From the sequence record CP025327.1: a DNA stretch of 32,000 nt, one strand, 5' to 3'. Each line of letters starts with the position of its first letter. Position 1 is the stretch's first letter. The notes below the pieces were generated by a model. The model was not told the DNA's origin. It did not search any database and saw only the letters and a program-made list of their open reading frames with translations. Below are positions 23,819-32,000 of this stretch, in pieces. Made by a program: the position numbers and the translations under genes.

Positions 23819-24834
23819 CGATATGTGTACTTTTAGATTACATATTATATATCTCAGATATATCTTATATATAGATAATTTATATATTTTTTATTATATC
23901 TCTCATATAATGTTATAGATATATTTTTAGATTAGATTTTTAATATAATGTGATTATATTATGTACTTTTTTATGTACTTTTTAGACTAATATAATTTAT
24001 TTATTTAGTGTACTATTTAGATAAATATATTTATTAATTGTAAAGATTCACTATTTTTATAATTATACTATTTAGATAATAGATAATTATACTATTTAGA
24101 TAATAGATAAATATCTTTATTAATTGTAAAGATTATATAACTATTTTAGTAAATCTACTATTTAGATCATTATTTTTATTTAATGTAATATTTAGATAAA
24201 TAATAAATATAATGTATTTTAAATATTTAATTTTGAGATATATATTCATTTTGGTAATATATTGTACTTTTTATTTTATGTTTAGATACTTAATAGATCT
24301 TTATTTTATATTAAATATACTATATAAATAGAGATATTTAATATTTAGACATTTAATTTAGATTATATTATAAATTATATATTATTTACATTGAGATTAT
24401 ATAATATTATAGATTCTATTATATAATATACTTATTATCTGAGAATAGATATTTTAGTTCAGAATATATATTGTATTCAATTATATTACATTGTAATGAA
24501 ATAAATAGTCTATTGTACAAAAGTACTATGTAATAATATATTATCAACTTATATTATTGTTAATATATATCAATATCTCATATATTTTATACCATTAATG
24601 TATATTTAATTCTCAATTAATATATTGTATAAATAATATATAATATATAATTATAGTATAATTATAGATTGAGATGTATATTCTAGTTATCTAACTAATT
24701 ATAATTATAAACATAGTATATTCTAGTTATCTAACTAATTCTAATTATAATTATAAACATAGTATATTCTATTAATATAACTAATTCTAATTATAAAGAT
24801 AATATATACTAGTTATATAATTAACTATACTTCT

Positions 24835-25006
24835 AAACATAATATAATAAGAATATATATTAAAGTAATCTACTAATAATAATCTAAATATAATATAATA
24901 TTTATAAATAGATTATAAAAAAACATAATATAATAAGAATATATATTAAAGTAATCTACTAATAATAATCTAAATATAGTATAATATTTATAAATAGATT
25001 ATAAAA
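24835..25006. repeat. Tandem duplication, 86-nt unit, 2 copies
   Basis: aaacataatataataagaatatatattaaagtaatctactaataataatctaaatata... starts at 24835 and 24921. Confidence 0.88.
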
Positions 25007-25018
25007 TTTTATATATAC

Positions 25019-25088
25019 AAGAACAGAGAGATTTGAACTCCCAATGATTGATTTGAAGTCAATAGTTTTACCGTTAAACTATATTCTT
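25019..25088 (-). tRNA. trnW: tRNA-Trp (anticodon UCA, reads UGA and UGG)
   Basis: Minus-strand cloverleaf. The acceptor is AAGAATA/TGTTCTT (one G-U pair). The D arm is GTTT-AACGGTA-AAAC. The anticodon arm is ATTGA-CTTCAAA-TCAAT (UCA). The T arm is GGGAG-TTCAAAT-CTCTC. Confidence 0.9.
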
Positions 25089-25111
25089 AAAGATATATAT
25101 AGAATATTAAA

Positions 25112-26812
25112 GATATTAATTACTCCGCAGCAGGTTCCCCTACCACGACCATATTTCAACTTTACAGCAATCTAGATTATTTCTTGATATAGTAATATTA
25201 TTTTAATTATACTTTATATAAGGATATACAAAATATAATTATATCATAATTTTATTATGATAAAGTATTAAATATTTAAGATAATAATTTATATTGTCGT
25301 ATGATGAGTGGTTAGTGCGAAACAGATAATAAATTCACCGTATCATATCTGATATACGATTACTAGCAATTCCTTTTTCATAATATCGAGTTACAGATAT
25401 TAATCCAACAACATTACTATAAAGATATAGTAAGTAGTACAGAGTATTATATTATTAGCGTATAATTGTATATTTCAAATTAGCTTAATATTGTACTCTG
25501 TTTTCAGTAGCACGTCTGTAGCCCATACCATAAGGGTCATCAGGATTTGTCTTAATTCTATTCATTATCCTATTAAGAATAATATTCTTCCATATTAATA
25601 ATATATATATTATATAACAAATTACATTAAAGTAATAATAATATATAATTAATATTATATATATAATGGAAGTAAGAGTTATGTTCGTTGGTGGACCTAA
25701 CCTAATATCTTGCGACACGAACTGAAGACAACGATGTAACACCTGTATATTTTACTTTATATTAAAGTTAATAAAAAATATATTCAAGGTATGGTAAGGT
25801 TTGACGGGGATTATCGTATTAAACAACATGCTCCACTGCTCAAGGCTGTAACCGTCTATTGTCTTGAGTTTCATCCTTGCGAACGTACTCTTCAGGCGGA
25901 ACACTTAATTTTCATTTATAACTTTTACGTTATTAGTGCTCATAGTTTACAGCTAGAACTACTTGGGTATCGAATCCATATCGCTACTCTAGCTTTCGTC
26001 CCTCAATGTCAGTTAATATTAAGTCTATATCCTTCGTATTTGGAAGTCTTATAATAATCATCATCATTTCATCGCTCCTATTATAATTCTATAGACTTTT
26101 TATATAACTCTTATCTTTTATGTAAGTTTATTAGTATTAGACTTAGTTATTTACTTAGTTATACATTTAGTTATAAACTTTTAAGATCATACTACGGACC
26201 CTTTAAGCCATTATGGTTAATGCTAGCCTCCATTGTTTTACCGCAGCTGCTGGCACAAATCTTGGTTAAGACTTCTTACAATTAATTTTAAGTTGGTACT
26301 TAAAAACAGTTAACATCATTATTCTCACTGTTTGAGGGTTTTATTTTTAATCAATCTTAATTCTTTTAATTATTATTAAATTTAAATTTAATTAAATTTA
26401 GGTATGAATTAAGTCACCCTTACAAGTAACTGGGTCAATCGTTAGATCATTGCCCAATATTCCTCACTGCTGTATCTTATAAATATTGACTATGTTTCAG
26501 AGTCAACGTGGTCATTATGACGATTATCACTGACTAAGGATCTTCGGCTAGGTAAGCTGTTATCTTACCTACTACCTTAAACCTATATTGGCTAGACTAA
26601 TTGCAATTATGTATATTACTACATTATCTTTCGATATCAAATATTTAATTTGACTAATTAGTTCTTATACCAATACTTACTCACGGGTTCACCACTATTA
26701 TAATATTATTACTACTATTGAAATTAATAGTTTGTATATTATAACGTTTGATTTGCATGTGTCATGTCCTTGTATAGCATTTAACCTGAACCAACATCAT
26801 GTTCTTAATTAT
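25112..26812 (-). rRNA. rns: Mitochondrial small-subunit rRNA (ends approximate, +/-20 nt)
   Basis: Universal SSU blocks are present on the minus strand. The 5' block is GATGTTGGTTCAGGTTAAATGC. The 530 loop is GTGCCAGCAGCTGCGGTAAAA (reverse complement of about 26238-26258). The 900-970 region is GAGTACGTTCGCAAGGATGAAACTCAAGACAATAGACGG...GGAGCATGTTGTTTAATACGA. Further blocks are GGAATTGCTAGTAATCG and the 3' GGTAGGGGAACCTGCTGCGG. AT-rich expansion segments lie between conserved blocks. Confidence 0.9.
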
Positions 26813-27572
26813 TATTAATTTTTACTACTTTAGTTATTATATTCATTATTATAATTATATAAATTTGATTCATTATTGTATCTCAATCACATTTATATTT
26901 TTTATATTAGAATCTATAATATTTTATTCTTTATTACTTATATCATATCTTATATTAGAATAATATTATTTATTATTTATTATCTTAGATCTCATATCTT
27001 ATATTATAATAATAATATTCATTATCTCATATTATAATAATAATATCCATTATCTCATATTATAATAATAATATTTATATCTTATATTATAATAATGTTA
27101 TTCATTATTTCAATAATAGTTATTATTCATATATTATTCAGATATTATTGAAATATCACTTAAATATTAGTTAGATATTATTCAGATATTATTCAAATAT
27201 CACTTAAATATTAGTTAGATATTATTGAGATATTATTCAGAGATTATTCAGATAGTATTTAGATATTATTCAAATAATATTTAGACATTATTTATATTTT
27301 TTTCAGATACTATTCTTTCTGTAATATTGAACTTTATAGTGAATATTAGATATATTGAACTTTATAATATAGTGAATATTAAATATATTGAATTTTATAA
27401 TGAATATTAGATATATTGAACTTTATGAACATTATAATATATTGTATATTAGATTATAATATATTGTATATTAGATTATAATGAAATTTTTATCCTAGAA
27501 TAGTTAATAATATTTAATATTATGATCAATGAATTTGATTATTTATGATTATCATTAATAATTTTTTTTATT

Positions 27573-27726
27573 TTATAAATAATTAACTTTATTATCACAA
27601 TTAATATGATTTATTATTTAATATTATGATTAATAAGTTTTATAAATAATTAACTTTATTATCCCAATTAATATGATTTATTATTACGGTTATTATCACA
27701 ATTAATATGATTTATTATTACGGTTA
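27573..27726. repeat. Tandem repeat (about 34-67 nt units) that runs into the 3' acceptor strand of trnG
   Basis: tattatcacaattaatatgatttattatt occurs three times. acggtta occurs at 27686-27692 and again at 27720-27726, the latter being the trnG 3' acceptor strand. Confidence 0.85.
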
Positions 27727-27789
27727 CTGGGATTTGAACCCAGATTATCAACGTGGAAGGATGTTAGTTTACCATTAACTTATAACCGT
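27720..27789 (-). tRNA. trnG: tRNA-Gly (anticodon UCC), with a weak anticodon stem
   Basis: On the minus strand the acceptor is ACGGTTA/TAACCGT. The D arm is AGTT-AATGGTA-AACT. The T arm is CTGGG-TTCAAAT-CCCAG. The anticodon loop is CTTCCAC (UCC). The anticodon stem ACATC/GTTGA has only 3 of 5 pairs. Confidence 0.72.
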
Positions 27790-27845
27790 ATATATATATA
27801 TGTATATACTTATAAAGTATCATATGATTCTTTAAGTAATAAATA

Positions 27846-28250
27846 TTATTCTTTATAGAATTGTCTATTTAAACTTTTTACTTTATGTACATAATTACGA
27901 TTTATTTTCAATGCACCAGTATTTATTTCATAAGTAAATCCAGCAATTAAGATTAATAAGAATAATATTAATATTAATAAACCGTAAAGACCTACGTTAT
28001 AAAGACTTAATACATATGGTAAAATAGAAGATATTTCTAAATCGAAAGGTAAGAATAATATTGCTACTAATATGAATCCTACTGAGAATGGTGTTCTAGA
28101 TTGAGAGAATGATGTGAATCCACATTCAAATGGTCCTGTTTTTTCATTATAATTGTCATGTGTTCCTAATATTACATTTACTGCTACCAAGGCTAGTCCA
28201 ATTATTGGTACTATTATTAAGAATAATTTTAATGGATTATATAAAAACAT
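27846..28250 (-). CDS. nad3: NADH dehydrogenase subunit 3
   Basis: The 134-aa ORF contains KTGPFECGF and [14 protein letters not shown]. Its ATG overlaps the nad2 stop by 1 nt (TAATG). Confidence 0.93.
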   Translation of the reverse strand: MFLYNPLKLFLIIVPIIGLALVAVNVILGTHDNYNEKTGPFECGFTSFSQSRTPFSVGFILVAILFLPFDLEISSILPYVLSLYNVGLYGLLILILFLLILIAGFTYEINTGALKINRNYVHKVKSLNRQFYKE

Positions 28251-29812
28251 TAGATTATTAAATTATTAAATGCTATGATATAAGCTCCTTGTAATATAGT
28301 ATCTATTTGACAAATATTCCCTAATATTAATAATGTTATACTACTTATTATATATGTTATACTAGTTGATAATGTATTACCTTCTTTAGTAGGTATATAA
28401 TTATTTACTTTAGTAAAGGATAATGTTTTTATTATATAAGCATAATATACTGTAGTTACTACACTAAATAATATTAATCCTAATGATAAGAATATATATC
28501 CTTTATTTAAACTTGAAATTAATATATAAAATTTACCATAGAATCCTATTAATGGTGGAATACCAATTAATGAGAATAGACTAATTATTAAAGCCATAGC
28601 TAAATAACTATTTTTTGTCAATAGTCCATTTAATTGATTAATATATTCAATAGGTGATAATGAACTCAATAATATTGTATTTTTAGATTCTGTTTTAATA
28701 ATATTAGAATTATATATTATATAATAACTAGCTAATAAAATTACAAAGAATAAATTTACATGAGTTAATCCATATTGATAAATATAAACTATAAATCCAA
28801 CTAAACCTTCTTGTGAATTAACTAATAAAGCAAGTAATAGATAACCTGCATTAATAACACCACTATAAGCTAATAATATTTTAATTTTTATTTGATTTAA
28901 TCCCCCTATACTACCAATTAACATAGATGAGATAATACTAATTGCAATAATTGAATTAATATAATTATCATTATTATTAATATCATATGTATGATTAATT
29001 ATAGTGTACACTAATGGTAATATACTAAATTTAGCCATTAAACTTATATATGATGTTACTATAGTAGGTGTATTATTATATACAGTTATAGATCAATTAT
29101 GGAATGGTGCTAATCCCATTTTTCATATTAATCCTAATATAATAAATATAAATCCAAAATATAATGGGTTTATATAATTACTATAATCCATTAATGTATA
29201 AATATTATCTAATGAAGTCATACCAGTTATAAAGTAAAGTATAGCTGATCCTAATAATATTAGTATACTAGCTAAACCTCCTAATAAGAAATACATTAAT
29301 CCTGCTTTAGTTGAGTTATTTGATTCTCTATATACTGTAGTTATTAAATATAAACTATAACTTTGTAATTCGATTATTGTAAATAATGATATTAAATCAT
29401 TTACTGTAGGAAATAATAATAATCCTAGTAAATTGAATAATATTAATAATGAATATTCTTTATATTTATAATGAATTATATCTATTGGAGAATATCCTGT
29501 TATATTTATACTATTTAATAATAATAATAAACTTACTAATATTAATATTAATATTGATATAATAGTACTAAGTGAAGTAATCTTAAATAAATTATTATAT
29601 AATGAAATACCTGAATATATATTTTCTATATTAAACATATCTATAGTTAAATATAATATGTATAATACTATTAGTACTACTATTCTATTTATATTTTTAT
29701 ATAAATGGTACAATTTATTATCTGCTTCGGGAGAGAAGTCATTAATATTTGAAGTGTTCTTGGTGATTAAGGATATGTAAACTATTAATAAACTTAATGA
29801 TGTTAATAACAT
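28250..29812 (-). CDS. nad2: NADH dehydrogenase subunit 2
   Basis: Track ORFs 29123-29812 and 28250-29038 share one frame and are joined through TGA=Trp (...[23 protein letters not shown]...). nad2 hallmarks are [26 protein letters not shown] and [14 protein letters not shown]. Confidence 0.92.
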
Positions 29813-30152
29813 TTTGGTAATGAGATTTTTTTTTATTTTTTTTTATAAAATATGAGATATAATTTTTTATACATAATTATTTATTTGATACTTATTTTAT
29901 TTTGATTTTTACAATTAATTAAGACAAAAATTATTATGATTAATTTATACAAATTTTTATATAAATTGTACATAAATATTAATAGAAATATTTATTTTAA
30001 ATGTTAATATTAATACAAATATTTATTTTAAATGTCAATATTAATAATTTATACATAATCTAAATTTATTTAATATAAATATATGACATATTTAAGATAT
30101 AATAAATGTAATTATATAATTAAAAAATAGATAACTAATAATAAATATATAC

Positions 30153-30285
30153 AAAGATTTACTTAATGTAAACATACTGGAAATTAAAGATTTACTTAAT
30201 GTAAACATACTGCGAGATTAAAGATTTACTTAATGTAAATATAATGCGAGATTAAAGATTTACTTAATGTAAATATAATGCATCT
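30153..30285. repeat. Tandem repeat, 33-34 nt unit, 4 copies. The last copy contains the atp6 stop codon and final codons.
   Basis: aaagatttacttaatgtaaa(c/t)ata(c/a)tg... starts at 30153, 30186, 30220 and 30254. The atp6 stop TAA is the reverse complement of 30264-30266. Confidence 0.9.
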
Positions 30286-31031
30286 TTCAAGTATCCAGCA
30301 GTTAATACACTTAAAACATATGCTTGAATCATAGAGATAGCATATTCTAGACATACAATAGCTAAAATACCAGCTAAAGGTAAGAAACCTAAAACGAAAG
30401 TAATAATAGAAACAGACATTAAAGTTAAAGTCAATCCACTTAAGATACTTAATAAAAGATGACCTGATAATACATTAGCTGATAATCTTAAACCTAATGA
30501 GATAGCTCTAGCAGTATAAGATAATAATTCAATCAATACTAATACTGGTACTAATGGTAATGGAGTACCTTCTGGTACGAAGAATCCAAAGAAATCTAAT
30601 TTATGATTATATACTGCTATTATTGTAGCACCTAATCAGATTGAGATACTTAATGATACAATAAATACTAAATGTGATGCTAATGCAAATGAGTAAGGAA
30701 CCATACTTATTAAATTTGCAATTAATACAAATATAAATAAAGTATAGATAAATGGGAAATAAAATCCACCATATACTCCTCCTATTTGTGTTTTTACCAT
30801 ATTTAATATTGTATCATATAAAGCTTCTTGGCTAACAAATCATCTAGAACCTGTTATTTTTCCATGATTGTCTGTTAATAAATTTAAACCTAATATTACA
30901 AATAATACTATTATTGTATATAATGAAAATATTGTGAAATTTAAGGCACTTAAATCGAAAAATGGAGATACAAAACCTAAAAATGTTCTGATCTCAAATT
31001 GATCTAATGGTGAATTAATTATATAACTCAT
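30264..31031 (-). CDS. atp6: ATP synthase F0 subunit a (subunit 6)
   Basis: Reads MSYIINSPLDQFEIRTFLGF...GSRWFVSQEALYDTI...LIELLSYTARAISLGLRLSANVLSGHLLL...YLKDALYLH. Track ORFs 30840-31061 and 30264-30536 share one frame through TGA=Trp. The start is taken at the Met 6 residues before SPLDQFE. An upstream in-frame ATG at 31061 is possible. Confidence 0.9.
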
Positions 31032-31486
31032 TTTTATTGTTCTTTTATTATATTTTATCAATTTATTATTTATAATTTTTGATTTTTTTATTATATTTTG
31101 TCTATTGTCTTTTTTTAATATTCAATTATCCTATTTGATAATCTAATTATTAATTTTATTAATCTTTTTATTAATTATAATCATTATTATATGTTATTAT
31201 TATATTTTTTAATTTAAAATATATTGTGTAGTATAATAGTACAATTATTTATTAATTAATATTGTTTATTATAATAGTAGAATTATTTATTAATCACTAT
31301 TATTTATTATAATAGTACAATTATTTATTAATGACAATTGTTTATTAATTACAATTGTTTATTATAATAGTACAATAATTTATTAATTATATCTTATTAA
31401 TAGTTATTATAACTATTTTATTATTTACAATTATTTATTAATTATTATTATAATATTTTACTAGTCACAATTATTTATTATTAATT

Positions 31487-31635
31487 ATAGTATAATTACT
31501 AATTAGAATAGAATATATAATTATAGTATAATTACTAATTAGAATAGAATATATAATTATTGTATAATTCCTAATTAGAATAGAATATATAATTATTGTA
31601 TAATTCCTAATTAGAATAGAATATATAATTATAAT
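31487..31635. repeat. Tandem repeat, 36-nt unit, about 4 copies, in the atp8-atp6 spacer
   Basis: aattagaatagaatatataattatwgtataattmct starts at 31501, 31537, 31573 and 31609. Confidence 0.88.
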
Positions 31636-31815
31636 ATATTATTGATTATAGTATAATTTATAATTAGAATATAATATATAATTATAATATTTTATTGATT
31701 AATGTTATTTATTTTTATAAATTATAATTTAATTTATTGATTACAATTTAATTTATTATAATTTAATTTCTTATTAATTATTATAATATAATTTATAATA
31801 ATATAATTTAATTTA

Positions 31816-31962
31816 TTATAATTTAGTAATAAAGAATCTTGTAATATATAATCTTACAATTCTAGGTAAAAAGAATTGTGAGAATAATACTAATAAGATT
31901 ATTATTAAACCAAATCCATAAGTTAATTGATTTAAGAAATAAAATGGTACTAATTGAGGCAT
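31816..31962 (-). CDS. atp8: ATP synthase F0 subunit 8
   Basis: The 48-aa ORF is MPQLVPFYFLNQLTYGFGLIIILLVLFSQFFLPRIVRLYITRFFITKL, then TAA. It has the canonical MPQLVPFYF N-terminus and lies upstream of atp6. Confidence 0.92.
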   Translation of the reverse strand: MPQLVPFYFLNQLTYGFGLIIILLVLFSQFFLPRIVRLYITRFFITKL

Positions 31963-32000
31963 ATTGTAAATTGGGTTATGTATGTTTATAGAAATAATTA

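Noticed and set aside
25485-26054. Track ORFs 25485-25742 (-) and 25791-26054 (+) as protein genes.
   Set aside because: Both lie inside rns and overlap universally conserved SSU rRNA blocks (the 900-970 and 1050-1240 regions). They are chance open frames in an rRNA gene.
31032-31061. A longer atp6 starting at the upstream ATG (MIKYNKRTIKMSYIINSPLDQFE).
   Set aside because: This is not excluded. The shorter form gives a presequence length closer to known fungal atp6 propeptides ahead of SPLDQFE, and the sequence alone cannot decide.
1-32000. A novel multi-gene system (defence, toxin-antitoxin or biosynthetic) hidden in the window.
   Set aside because: Every substantial ORF under table 4 is accounted for as a standard mitochondrial gene, an intron-encoded protein or the dpo relic. 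The remaining sequence is non-coding repeat DNA.

Overview
This window is very AT-rich fungal-type mitochondrial DNA read with TGA=Trp (translation table 4). All functional genes are on the minus strand. In transcription order they are atp8, atp6, nad2/nad3 (1-nt overlap), trnG(UCC), rns, trnW(UCA), nad4L, nad5, a tRNA-like element, cox3 and an isolated trnP(UGG). nad5 has 4 exons and 3 introns: two group I introns with LAGLIDADG ORFs and one group II intron with an intact RT/maturase/HNH ORF. The plus strand carries only a frameshifted relic of a plasmid-type family-B DNA polymerase at the left edge. About 13 kb (690-13650), every intergenic spacer and parts of the introns consist of many unrelated short tandem-repeat arrays. 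I see no prokaryotic-style defence or biosynthetic system. The points most worth follow-up are the repeat desert, the tandem arrays that start inside the 3' ends of functional genes (atp6, trnG, an intron ORF), and a LAGLIDADG ORF with both catalytic Asp replaced by Asn. Others are in-frame repeat expansions in the second intron ORF, a tRNA-like element with a broken anticodon arm upstream of cox3, and a long palindrome in the desert. Exon, intron and rRNA ends were inferred by eye and may be off by a few nt.
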